Positions 27,817 through 38,283 of a DNA stretch of 64,000 nt are shown here, piece after piece; within the stretch, counting starts at the first letter, position 1; every line of letters begins with the position of its first letter. Below the pieces are notes generated by a model. It did no database searches. It worked only from the letters and a program-made list of their open reading frames with translations, and had not been told where the DNA came from. A program made the translations under genes and the position numbers. The stretch is from a virus. Location of the stretch: positions 35,938-99,937 of IMG/VR virus record IMGVR_UViG_3300033559_000303; one strand, given 5' to 3'.

Positions 27817-30800
27817 TTAATTCTCCGTATATCTGATATCAATAGTTACCGATCCTGGAGCAGACGCTATTGCTGGTGTCTCAATCCATACCCACTCATT
27901 TGCTGCTACAACATTGGCACTACCAGCTGTTATCACTGTCAATGCCTGACCAGTGGTAACATTAGTGACAGCAACTGATGTCACAACTGTTGTTCCAGCA
28001 TTACTTCTATCAGCATGCTTATATACAGCAACATTACAACTTGGGGATGTGCCGCCGCACACAACAGCGACAACCTCTTGTATTGTAATAGCTACATCCG
28101 GGCGCATAATGACAAAATCATCAGTCGTCTGTGGCGCTGGTATTGTCATTGTTTTCTGAAGTGTAGGTTTAATAAGGTGACTAAGATTAACTTTTCTTAA
28201 TGCACCTCCGGATTCTTCAACTAATACCCAGTCACCAGTTGTAGGAGCTGTCTCCTCTGTCAATGCTGACACCTTTACATCACCAGGGTCAGTAGAACTA
28301 GTACTATTATTAAGCTTGATCGTATAAGCCGGCATGTCTGCAAGCTTGGTATTACTAACAGCGTTGGCAGCAATAGTCTGAGCCCCATCTCCAGCTGAGG
28401 TCACATCACCTGAGTGGTTTGGATGAACATATGCATTTGCGCCATCAGCAACATTAATTATCGTTCTGACCTGTGTTGCTGTAAGGTCAACTGGAGCACC
28501 CGTACCGGCAGCGGCATCCCTGCCTTTGATTGTGCTCTGTACCATATTGGCTAATTTAGCATTAGTTACAGACGCGGATGGAACAGTGAGATCAACTTCT
28601 GTTGTATTATTTGTACGACCAATACTACTATCACTTGATGTCAGTGATCTGAACTGAAGGTCTACGCCAGCTTTAGCATTAAAAACACCAACCCCACTAC
28701 CAAGATTTGAGGCTGTGTTAACTTCGCCGCCACCACTTGGAAGATTTCCAATATTAATTTTGACGAGATTACCTTCAGCAGTTTCACCAAGAAGAAAATC
28801 ACCACTTGCTGGTGAAGATTCCAATGTTAATGCAGAAATCTTAACATCCTCAGGGTCCCCTGATCCAGCGCTATTTCTCAGCTTAATAGTGTTTTGGGCC
28901 ATATCAGAAAGCATTGCATTGGTAATAGTATTATTTTCTGGAAGATCCACAATATTCCATGTCGACCATGATGATCCAGTATCAAGACTCCTTCTTACTG
29001 CAAAGCTTACGCCAGCCCCATTCAAGGCTTGCTGAACAATGCACGACCCACCAGACGCTGTATAAACAAGAACAGTCTCACCACCATCAAAGCTTGCCGG
29101 CCGATTTGTTGTATTGCCATCCCCCTTATACACACCTGATGTAATAACTGAATTCCAGTTATACGGAGATGTTGAAGGGCTTGTCAGCACTTGAACAGCA
29201 CCGGTTCCTTCAAGCGATTTACCATCAACAGTTTTGAGTGGACGCTTTGTTTGAATGCTAAGTGTTGTTTCATCACCGGTATTAGTTCCGGAGGTATTCC
29301 CGATAACAACAAGCTGAGCGTCAGTAACATAGCGCTTATTTGAACTGTCGGCTACATTATTTGTGGTGAGCACAACAGTTCCAGTCTGACCGTTTACACT
29401 CAATACTGTATCAGTTGGAGTTTGAAGTTCTGTCCAGTCAGCCATTGTCCCTGCAGTACCGCCATTGTGCATATAGGTTCTGCTAAGATCTGTTCTAACT
29501 GCAACATCCCCCTCCTGAGCTACAAGTGCTAATTGAGCAGCTTCACTGGCTACGACATGAACCTCTGTAAGTGCGACTGGTGGAAGGACAGAACTTGGAA
29601 GGGTTCCAGATGTAATATTCGAAGCGTTTGTAGTATCTACATTCTGAACGTTCCCAAGTCCAACCTGGGTCTTCGTAACACTATGTGGATTGCTTGTCGA
29701 TGAAATATGAGACTGAATATTCGCATTTTTAGGCTCATACCGCCCGTCACCTGTTATTCTGTTTAGCGCATCGGCATCTTCAGTTGCATTGCCAAGATTG
29801 GTTATTTTAAATGTTCCAGCAGACTGGTTGCCGGTTAACGCTCTGGTGCCATCAGTTCTAAGATATTGAAGATGATCATCAACATTAAGATTTGTGAGTA
29901 AGCTGTGATTTGCTATCGCTCCGGATCCTGCGACAGGAGATCCAACCTGAGTATTTCTCCAGTCTATTATTGTATTACCATTAGCATCAACATTAACAAA
30001 CCTCCATGTTCCACTATTATTATGCACAATAGCTGTGGCTAAAGCCTTAAACTCAGGAAACACTAAACCACTTGAAGCAAGCCTGTTTATCTCAAATGAT
30101 GCAGCATCTCTTGCGGCGGTAAGTGTCGCATACTCAGCCTGCCCCATGATTGTAAAAATATCCTTTACCCAGTCAGGCCTGGCGTAAACGTGTACAAGCA
30201 CATATCTGTTATTACCAACAGGTAGCTGAGTCCAGTTTGGCGATACACCTGAATTGTAATACGGAACACCACCGATATTGTAAACACCAGCAAGATAGTC
30301 GCTGAAGTCCCATCCGGATTGAGCCCTATAAAGAGTTCTTATGGTATCAGTATTGTTTATTGTAGCTGTGTCCCATATAATATCCTCATCCTCAATTGTT
30401 GCAGAGGCAACAGACATCAACTGATTTGTTGGCGTAGATGTATTTATAGCAACATCTCCACCACTAGCCCAAGCAGTTCTTCTTGTACTATGGAGATAAT
30501 AATGTGTAAACCAGTCCATTGTAGCATGGGCTTCAAACCCGTTTGATACAAAAGCTGTTCCAGCATTATTATAAATAAGTTCAGCAACAAATACATTGTC
30601 GCGAATAATCTCTTCCCAGCCAGAAATAGATGTTACAGCATTAAGTGTTCCATTAGCATCACTGAAATAGATCCAGTAAACTCTATTAGATGCTGGTGTA
30701 AGTGCTATAGTTTTTTCAGCACTTATAGTTACCCGTGTTCCACGATAAAAGTAGCTGTACTCAGTTACATTTGCAGCATTAGGCTTAATGCTGAACAGAG

Positions 30801-32469
30801 TTGTTGTTGTACCACTCAAATCTACAAGGTCTCGTGTTTTTGCATACACAGTATTATCAAACCCAGTCTCCTCTTTTGTCTGGGCTCCTATAATCGCTCC
30901 GGGGTTTGATACTTCATCAAGTGCATCTTGAACTGTTACAGATGTTAATCCGGATATTGTATTATCATAACTCACATCTCCAGCTGACTGCAGCGGTCCA
31001 TGGACATTTATTTGCAGTATGCCGTTCGTAGCATCAGAATATTGAACATAAGCAACTCTCTGCTGCCACCCGATTGCTGGCTTGGTATCAGTCCATCCCC
31101 CAGTATTATTCGGATATAAGATAGCCCCACTACTCCATGATGAAGTATCCATAAAATCAAGCGTTCCAAGGGATAGCGCCTCACCAACTTCACCATTTGC
31201 TATAGCATCTTCTGCAACAGCAATTGTAACACCAAGGATATTATTAGACGGGATAACCTCGATAACGTTTAAAACCTCATCAAACCCCGATCTTCTCAAA
31301 GGTGTTCCCTTGATAATCCCAGCAGCACCAGCCTTCACTTTGAAATGAACCTGTGTAGCATGTACAATATTACTTGGGTCTGTAATTGTCTTGTTAGTAA
31401 GGGTGGCCACATTGGTTTCAGTCAGCGTTCCAGATTGAACAATTGATCCCCAGACAAGTGCAGCATCAACTATCTCAGCCTGCGCAGTATTGTTAAGCGC
31501 TGTAGCAGCCTGGTTAACAAAAATATAAGCCCTGAGTATTGACCCGCGAAGAATATCTTCATTAAGCTCATACCCATCAATAACAAATTTTGTCTTAGCC
31601 TCATCCTTACTGTTATATACGTGCTGCCCATACACGACGTGGCTATTTCCGGTTTTAGGGAAATAATAAACAGCCTGCACAGTCCATTTATTAGACGGCA
31701 CAGGAGTCCTGACACCATTAACATCATAGAACCCAGGATCAATTGCTGATCTCATGGTTGTAGAAGCAACACCTGAGAGGTGATACTGGTATGCAGTAAT
31801 ACCAGTCTGCACTGGATCCTCAACAATATTTGGAGATGTCGGCTCATCAGCGTAGTTTACAGCATACCTGAACGCTTCACCGGCACTCTTATTAAGAAGA
31901 AGGTTGGCGCCATTCGCAGTATAGACATTACCACTTATATTGATAGACCCGAGCGCCAGAATAAGATCTTCAGTGGTTTTATGATCACCCCACGATCGGT
32001 ATGTCTGGTTGCTTGCAGTTGTTATAGGGCCGGTTCCTGGGCCAAAAACGCGGCCAACAATAACCGTTGAGCGAAGTTCAAGTGCAGAGAAAGATGTCTG
32101 ATAAACAAATGTCGGCACATCATTAACAAGCTGAATCCCCACCCACTTACTTCTAACCCCGGTTAAATCCGGATCGAGGCCGGTTTGAGCTGTTATGGAA
32201 AACTTTTTATACAATGGCGCTGTCATGTTTGTCTGGTCAACAAACATTACATCAATAGCAGCTATATCAAATGTACCATCATCAATGCCATTAACAGTAA
32301 GAGCGCCTCCGGATATCACACCGGTAGCCTCTGCCTGTTTCAGAATGAGGTCATTGTAATCAATTCTGTCTTTGGTGCTTTCATCAGCATCATACGGAAG
32401 GTCTTGTGCTCTGAGTGCGTCAGGACTTGCAAAATCCAGATCTATCCATTTTCTTTTGGTTTTCGACAT
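27817..32469 (-). CDS. long tail fibre protein (1550 aa)
   Basis: NPHSVTKTQVGLGNV, SVNGQTG and repeated VTNAKLA fibre motifs. Confidence 0.8.
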   Translation of the reverse strand: MSKTKRKWIDLDFASPDALRAQDLPYDADESTKDRIDYNDLILKQAEATGVISGGALTVNGIDDGTFDIAAIDVMFVDQTNMTAPLYKKFSITAQTGLDPDLTGVRSKWVGIQLVNDVPTFVYQTSFSALELRSTVIVGRVFGPGTGPITTASNQTYRSWGDHKTTEDLILALGSINISGNVYTANGANLLLNKSAGEAFRYAVNYADEPTSPNIVEDPVQTGITAYQYHLSGVASTTMRSAIDPGFYDVNGVRTPVPSNKWTVQAVYYFPKTGNSHVVYGQHVYNSKDEAKTKFVIDGYELNEDILRGSILRAYIFVNQAATALNNTAQAEIVDAALVWGSIVQSGTLTETNVATLTNKTITDPSNIVHATQVHFKVKAGAAGIIKGTPLRRSGFDEVLNVIEVIPSNNILGVTIAVAEDAIANGEVGEALSLGTLDFMDTSSWSSGAILYPNNTGGWTDTKPAIGWQQRVAYVQYSDATNGILQINVHGPLQSAGDVSYDNTISGLTSVTVQDALDEVSNPGAIIGAQTKEETGFDNTVYAKTRDLVDLSGTTTTLFSIKPNAANVTEYSYFYRGTRVTISAEKTIALTPASNRVYWIYFSDANGTLNAVTSISGWEEIIRDNVFVAELIYNNAGTAFVSNGFEAHATMDWFTHYYLHSTRRTAWASGGDVAINTSTPTNQLMSVASATIEDEDIIWDTATINNTDTIRTLYRAQSGWDFSDYLAGVYNIGGVPYYNSGVSPNWTQLPVGNNRYVLVHVYARPDWVKDIFTIMGQAEYATLTAARDAASFEINRLASSGLVFPEFKALATAIVHNNSGTWRFVNVDANGNTIIDWRNTQVGSPVAGSGAIANHSLLTNLNVDDHLQYLRTDGTRALTGNQSAGTFKITNLGNATEDADALNRITGDGRYEPKNANIQSHISSTSNPHSVTKTQVGLGNVQNVDTTNASNITSGTLPSSVLPPVALTEVHVVASEAAQLALVAQEGDVAVRTDLSRTYMHNGGTAGTMADWTELQTPTDTVLSVNGQTGTVVLTTNNVADSSNKRYVTDAQLVVIGNTSGTNTGDETTLSIQTKRPLKTVDGKSLEGTGAVQVLTSPSTSPYNWNSVITSGVYKGDGNTTNRPASFDGGETVLVYTASGGSCIVQQALNGAGVSFAVRRSLDTGSSWSTWNIVDLPENNTITNAMLSDMAQNTIKLRNSAGSGDPEDVKISALTLESSPASGDFLLGETAEGNLVKINIGNLPSGGGEVNTASNLGSGVGVFNAKAGVDLQFRSLTSSDSSIGRTNNTTEVDLTVPSASVTNAKLANMVQSTIKGRDAAAGTGAPVDLTATQVRTIINVADGANAYVHPNHSGDVTSAGDGAQTIAANAVSNTKLADMPAYTIKLNNSTSSTDPGDVKVSALTEETAPTTGDWVLVEESGGALRKVNLSHLIKPTLQKTMTIPAPQTTDDFVIMRPDVAITIQEVVAVVCGGTSPSCNVAVYKHADRSNAGTTVVTSVAVTNVTTGQALTVITAGSANVVAANEWVWIETPAIASAPGSVTIDIRYTEN

Positions 32470-32548
32470 TTTTCTCCCTTTGCTTTTTGCCCGGTTGCTT
32501 TATGCAGAGCCGGGGTATATCCCACAAAGTTATAAAATACAATATGGT

Positions 32549-33553
32549 TTACTTTTTGTCAGACTTTATCGCATCATAAATCTTCTTTGCAGCAAAGCCG
32601 GCAGTAAGACCCGCAGCACCTCTTAATGCTACTTTCGGAGCGGCAGATGCTATCCTTGCCTTTATCCCAGGTTTGTAATCATAACCGATATTACCAACAT
32701 ACTGATAAGTCTTACTCTTTGTATAGTCAACCGGTAAAACATCTTTAGTGGCTTTACCACCAATGGTTGTTTTCAGATTCTGCGCTGGAAATGTCGCACA
32801 CGAGCCTTTTGTTCTGCACGCGTCACTTGCTAGCTCTGCTGTAGTTTTCGCGCGCTCAGTTGTATTTAGCTTTGGTAGGATGGCATCTTTAATTGCAGCC
32901 TTTATACCACTAAGTCCATCATATTTCGGGTTTATTTCCTTAATGCGTTTTTGGGTTATGCCAGATTTAACTACATTATCAGGATTAACTGGGCGTAATA
33001 CCGTATAGTGAGGCTTATATCCAAACTTATCTTTCCATATTTTTTCATGCTGCTTATTAAGAGGCATGGTTGACAGGTATGCTTTTTCTGGCTTGTCAGA
33101 ACCATAGGCAAACACTTTTTCGGTGTTAATCATCATTTCAGCATGTGAGTGTTTAGGATCAACTAATTTTGATACCAGGCTATTTGGACTAAGTGCCTTC
33201 AGTATGTTTTTAACTTTTACCCCAACATCCTTAGTATTTTTATTTTCATTAATAGCATCTCTAACACCTTTTTTCATATCAGATATATTTGAATCCATTG
33301 TGGTGAATGCACCAACAAGGACATCACCTTTCTTAAGATGCTTAGCAGCCTCTTCATAGGTGTTTCCAAGCTTAATTTTTTTATCAGGAATAATTGATTT
33401 ACGCCTATCTATAAAACCCATACCACCAACCACACCGCCAGTACCAAGCCCAACAAGTGACCCGGTATTACCCTTCTCTTTATCTTCAGCAGCAATCTTC
33501 TGAATTTCATCAAGAAAATATTCCATATATAAATTATTCATCTTATCCGCCAT
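32549..33553 (-). CDS. permuted papain-like (NlpC/P60 YaeF/YiiX-type) enzyme with QKIA leader
   Basis: LKKGDVLV...HSHAEM...YD...SCATF...VLPVD (His before Cys). Confidence 0.6.
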   Translation of the reverse strand: MADKMNNLYMEYFLDEIQKIAAEDKEKGNTGSLVGLGTGGVVGGMGFIDRRKSIIPDKKIKLGNTYEEAAKHLKKGDVLVGAFTTMDSNISDMKKGVRDAINENKNTKDVGVKVKNILKALSPNSLVSKLVDPKHSHAEMMINTEKVFAYGSDKPEKAYLSTMPLNKQHEKIWKDKFGYKPHYTVLRPVNPDNVVKSGITQKRIKEINPKYDGLSGIKAAIKDAILPKLNTTERAKTTAELASDACRTKGSCATFPAQNLKTTIGGKATKDVLPVDYTKSKTYQYVGNIGYDYKPGIKARIASAAPKVALRGAAGLTAGFAAKKIYDAIKSDKK

Positions 33554-33556
33554 TTC

Positions 33557-33922
33557 TTATTCAGCTGGAGTTTCAGGTTCTACTACGGCCTCTGGTTCTA
33601 CTACAGCATCAGGCTCTACCGGTGCAACATAAGGTACAAATCCAGGGTCAAGCTGGTATTCATATATTCTCCACAGCAAATCAATTGCATCATTGACATC
33701 GGTAACTCTTACATCCGCAGGGAGATCATTACTGTTGATAAGCAAATCCTTCGCAGCACTTCTTCCATCAGCATACATTGCATACCCAGCTTTTTCTTCG
33801 CCATTCCAGGCTCTTGATACAATAGTGATGCCATACCCTTCAGATACAGTTTTTCTGGATGACCGGATTGTTATCTCTGCCGGTGTAAGGTCTCTGCCTA
33901 AGTCGTCTTTTGGATAGTTCAT
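33557..33922 (-). CDS. hypothetical virion-region protein
   Basis: 121 aa, AAGGAG RBS, AVVEPE tail repeats. Confidence 0.65.
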   Translation of the reverse strand: MNYPKDDLGRDLTPAEITIRSSRKTVSEGYGITIVSRAWNGEEKAGYAMYADGRSAAKDLLINSNDLPADVRVTDVNDAIDLLWRIYEYQLDPGFVPYVAPVEPDAVVEPEAVVEPETPAE

Positions 33923-33937
33923 TTTTATTTCTCCTTA

Positions 33938-36900
33938 TTAATCTGTAAAATATGCCATTTGTATTCCAGCTGTTGTACTACCATCAGTGGAGCCAAACAG
34001 AGTTATAGTAGAGTTGGCTGTAAATAGAGATGTAATAGTCACACCGCTTAAATAACTAATTAAACCATTACCATCGACAGGGGAAATGGTAAGCGTTGCC
34101 ACATGTCTACTAGGTGTATCACTTTTATATAGCAAGCAATTAACTGGAATAAACACTTCTGGTCTTAAGTATGTTGGTAGGACGGCGGGGGCACCGTAAT
34201 CCCACTCTAGTGTTAACTGTTGATTTGTAGATACCCCGAGGACAATAGTTAAACTCGGTATATATACATGAACAATATTATACATTTTTTTGAATTTTGC
34301 CTGTACCCATTGACTGGTGTCACCCCCTGTGGATACAAGTCTGCATCGATATGTATCTGTTATAACGGCCCCAGCAATGGTATCATCAACATATTCTTTT
34401 GTCGTAATAGCTTTATTTCCACGAGTTGTAATCTCTGCAGTAGTAACTTCAGGGAGCGTCATTGTACCATCAGTGTACATAACTCTACCATTTTTCTTAT
34501 CATCTAGGTCAGACCCTATACCGATAACACTAATTACATCAGTGCCGAGTGAATGTAAGTCAGCATACTTACCTTCAACATGGAGAGCTTGATTCTGTAA
34601 AGCTCCGGATTTACCAACAGCCTTAACCCACGCTGATCCATTCCAGTAAACGTAATCCCCAAGTAAGAAGGTTATCGCCACGCCTCCAAAACTAACACTA
34701 CCAGCAACTTGAACACGATATCCTGGGTTTCCAGTTGATGGAACCGGCGGAGTGCCATTTGATAAAGGTGGAGTGTTAGTAGATGCATTCCATCCTTGTA
34801 CTGATATAATAGATTCTATGACTGTAGGAATGGTGTTATAAAACCCTTCAACGTGCTGTTGATCATAATATGTAGCCTGGAAGCGCCCTTCTACATGGGA
34901 TTGATAGCCATTAGTAATTGTGAGCGCCCCCTCAGCGTGAGAGTCGCCACCTGCTGCTATTACACTTGCTCCCTCCGCGTGAGAATTACTGCCACTTGCT
35001 ATATTATCATTACCCTCGGCATGTGAGTATTGTCCAGAAGCTATTGTCACATACCCCTCGGCATGCGCTCCAGTGCTAGTGGCGGATGTTTGGTTGCCTT
35101 CAGCATGAGACGTCAACCCAGACGCTATTGTGTTAACACCTTCAGCATGTGAGTAGGTACCAGACGCTGCTGTACCACTACCCTCAGCATGCGACTGATG
35201 ACCAGACGCTGTTGTATCTAAACCTTCTGCATGCGACTGATTACCAAACGCTATTGTGCCATCCCCCTCAGCATGCGACTGCTGACCAGACGCTGTTGTA
35301 CCTAAACCCTCCGCATGTGATTGGTAATTAGACGCTATTGTACCGCTACCCTCCGCATGCGACTGCTGATTAGACGCTGTTGTATCTTTACCCTCAGCGT
35401 GTGATGCTGTGCCAGAAGCAGTTGTATTCCAGCCCTCAGCGTGTGACTCTAGACCCTGCGCCGTTGTTTGATACCCTTCAGCGTGTGAGTGGCTGCCAGT
35501 AGCACCATGAGTTGTAGATGCGCTACTATTAGTTGAAAGATCAACAGCTTTAAGCCCGATATCACCCTTAAAATTTCTATTATCACCACTAAGCCAATAC
35601 CCTGTATCACCACTTTCATTACCAATAACAAGTCCATTAACATCGGTAATCTTACCATTAACATACTCAACAGTGGTAACAGCTTTATCACCCCTTGAAT
35701 CAATTAGGGCTATCGTGCTCGTAGGAAGGCTTACTGTTCCATCTGTCCATACAACCTGGGCATTTTTTCTACCAGTGCCATAGCCAGTTCCACAACCGAT
35801 AACACTGACCCAGTTGGTTAGACCATCCAGATCAGCATATATACCTTCAACATGTCCACCATTGTTCAATGCCTCTAGCCTAGCCCTTTTAACCCAATCC
35901 CCACCAATGTATATTACACTGTCGCCTGATTCAAAATATTCAAATCCATGGTCAAACTGATGATTGCCAGATCGCGATGCAAAATATGTATGCCCAGTTG
36001 TTCCTGATCCATCTGCTAGTGTTGGTGTATTAGTTGTTGGATCCCATAACCCCCTAAAATCAGTTGTATCATCTCTGAATGAGTTATTATAACCCTCTAT
36101 ATGTGAATACGCTCCAATAGATGCATTACCAGAACCCTCAACATGTGAACCTTGATCACCCTCACCAGCAACAACATTCACACCCTCTGCATGTGATGAT
36201 GCCCCACCAGCAACTGTTGTATTACCCTCTGCGTGTGCATTCACACCTGCAGATATTGTCAGCTCACCCTCTGCATGAGCATATACACCATCTGCTTTTG
36301 TTTGATATCCTTCAGCGTGAGATGAGTTACCATTAGCCTTTGTTTGATAGCCCTCAGCATGTGAATACGATCCACTAGCCACAGTTAAGCGGCCCTCAGC
36401 GTGTGATCCTGTACCAGAAGCGGTTGTATCCCAACCCTCCGCATGGCTGGCCTCACCCTCTGTTGTTGTGCTATACCCTTCAGCATGGCTTCTTTGGCCA
36501 TTAGCAACAGAACCCTCACCCTCAGCGTGTGAAACATAACCATTAGCCTCTGAACTCATACCCTCAGCATGTGAATAGTGGCCAGCAGCCTGCGCACCAG
36601 TACCCTCAGCGTGTGAGGCTTCTCCAATTGCCTTAGTGCCAATACCCTCAGCGTGGGCATACTTAGAAGTTATATCAGAAAAAACCCATGCAGAGCCATT
36701 CCATGTTGCAATTTTACCATCCTGCCCACTCCACGCGCCAGTTGCTCCTGGTAGTATAAAGTGCTTTTGACCAGTAATAGGGGCGGGGCTGGTTGGTGGA
36801 TTTGTTAGAGGCGTTGCTCCGTCAGTGATATTAGTGTAACATAGATAACCTTCAGCATGTGAGTTTTCACCAGCTGATATAGTTTGGCGCCCCTCTGCAT

Positions 36901-38260
36901 GTGATCCAGATCCAGTGGCTACTGCACTTAAACCTTCAGCGTGTGAATTAAGCCCATGCGCTTTTGTTGCGTTACCTTCAGCGTGTGAATAACTGCCATT
37001 AGCCTCTGTCCCCGCACCCTCAGAATGTGAGGCCTCACCAATCGCCTTCGTGTTAGTGCCCTCTGCGTGTGAATCAGCTCCAGACGCCACAGTGTTAATA
37101 CCCTCAGCGTGTGAATCAGCTCCAGACGCTGTTGTGTTATTACCCTCAGCATGTGAGGCAGGGCCAAATGCTTTTGTTGTATTACCCTCGGCATGTGAAG
37201 ATGATTGAGACGCCTCTGTATTAAGCCCTTCAGAGTGAGAGTAGCCACCAGACGCTGTTGATCCGCTACCCTCAGCGTGTGACCATTCACCACGTGCTGA
37301 TGTTCCGACACCCTCAGCGTGCGCTCCGTATCCGGATGCCTCTACGTCTAGTCCGGATGCAAAGCTATAATCTTCTATAGCTCCACCTGGGCGGCTGCCA
37401 CTTGCAAAAGAAAGATCAACAGCATTAGCGCCTATATCACCCTTTGATACACTAGCCCTATCAATGTTATTCAGGTAATATCCATAAGCAGTTCCATCTT
37501 CTGATCCGAAAACCAACCCTGTGCTCAGGTTATTGGAATTAACCATATACCCCTGCGGAGAACCCGTTGGCTCAACTGGAAGTAAATCCTCTTTGTATTG
37601 CGGCATGTATCCACTGGGCCCAACATCATTAGGGTTTCCTTCATACCATACACTAATAGTATTAGCGCCCTCATATTGTGATGGAGCTTTAAGGAGGCAC
37701 ATGTATCTCTTAGCATTTGGAATAATATTTTTAACATATACAGTCATAACAAGCCCGTCATCATTTGTATTGACTGTATACTTCATTATTTTGTCGAAGT
37801 TTGGGGCGCTTATTCCAAAAGCTGGATTGTATTTCACTGATCCAAATAGATTATACCTATAAGTAAGGCCTGCACCAGCGGGGATGACAGACATGACGGC
37901 ATATGCTTTAATTGATAAAGGGGCGACAAAACTATCATCACCCTCAGCAGTTGTATCATACGGCATGGCTACAGAGATATCCATATCCATAAGCGTTTCA
38001 TAGCTGTTATCAACATCTGGAGCCGGTTCCAGTATGATACTTCCAATCTCAAGCCATGTATCCTGCCCAATAACACCTTCGAGCGGATTAGACTCCAGTA
38101 GTACGCCGCCACCATCTGTAAATCCAGTTCCACCTTTATTTTTATTTTTTATATAGGCATCGCTATACTTGTTATCCTCTGTCCAGTCAGACTGAACATT
38201 TCTGTCACCGACAGGGCTTGGCCAGTTAAGCCTTACATATCTATCATTTCTTCTTGACAT
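33938..38260 (-). CDS. fibre/adhesin with YadA-head-like 14-aa SHAEG repeats
   Basis: dozens of (A)SGxxSHAEGxxTx repeats in blocks. Confidence 0.85.
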   Translation of the reverse strand: MSRRNDRYVRLNWPSPVGDRNVQSDWTEDNKYSDAYIKNKNKGGTGFTDGGGVLLESNPLEGVIGQDTWLEIGSIILEPAPDVDNSYETLMDMDISVAMPYDTTAEGDDSFVAPLSIKAYAVMSVIPAGAGLTYRYNLFGSVKYNPAFGISAPNFDKIMKYTVNTNDDGLVMTVYVKNIIPNAKRYMCLLKAPSQYEGANTISVWYEGNPNDVGPSGYMPQYKEDLLPVEPTGSPQGYMVNSNNLSTGLVFGSEDGTAYGYYLNNIDRASVSKGDIGANAVDLSFASGSRPGGAIEDYSFASGLDVEASGYGAHAEGVGTSARGEWSHAEGSGSTASGGYSHSEGLNTEASQSSSHAEGNTTKAFGPASHAEGNNTTASGADSHAEGINTVASGADSHAEGTNTKAIGEASHSEGAGTEANGSYSHAEGNATKAHGLNSHAEGLSAVATGSGSHAEGRQTISAGENSHAEGYLCYTNITDGATPLTNPPTSPAPITGQKHFILPGATGAWSGQDGKIATWNGSAWVFSDITSKYAHAEGIGTKAIGEASHAEGTGAQAAGHYSHAEGMSSEANGYVSHAEGEGSVANGQRSHAEGYSTTTEGEASHAEGWDTTASGTGSHAEGRLTVASGSYSHAEGYQTKANGNSSHAEGYQTKADGVYAHAEGELTISAGVNAHAEGNTTVAGGASSHAEGVNVVAGEGDQGSHVEGSGNASIGAYSHIEGYNNSFRDDTTDFRGLWDPTTNTPTLADGSGTTGHTYFASRSGNHQFDHGFEYFESGDSVIYIGGDWVKRARLEALNNGGHVEGIYADLDGLTNWVSVIGCGTGYGTGRKNAQVVWTDGTVSLPTSTIALIDSRGDKAVTTVEYVNGKITDVNGLVIGNESGDTGYWLSGDNRNFKGDIGLKAVDLSTNSSASTTHGATGSHSHAEGYQTTAQGLESHAEGWNTTASGTASHAEGKDTTASNQQSHAEGSGTIASNYQSHAEGLGTTASGQQSHAEGDGTIAFGNQSHAEGLDTTASGHQSHAEGSGTAASGTYSHAEGVNTIASGLTSHAEGNQTSATSTGAHAEGYVTIASGQYSHAEGNDNIASGSNSHAEGASVIAAGGDSHAEGALTITNGYQSHVEGRFQATYYDQQHVEGFYNTIPTVIESIISVQGWNASTNTPPLSNGTPPVPSTGNPGYRVQVAGSVSFGGVAITFLLGDYVYWNGSAWVKAVGKSGALQNQALHVEGKYADLHSLGTDVISVIGIGSDLDDKKNGRVMYTDGTMTLPEVTTAEITTRGNKAITTKEYVDDTIAGAVITDTYRCRLVSTGGDTSQWVQAKFKKMYNIVHVYIPSLTIVLGVSTNQQLTLEWDYGAPAVLPTYLRPEVFIPVNCLLYKSDTPSRHVATLTISPVDGNGLISYLSGVTITSLFTANSTITLFGSTDGSTTAGIQMAYFTD

Positions 38261-38283
38261 TTTCTATTCCTATCTTTTATCTA

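Noticed and set aside
34870-37330. DGR variable/template repeats in the SHAEG fibre gene
   Set aside because: These are in-frame 42-bp coding repeats with general divergence, not adenine-specific variation.
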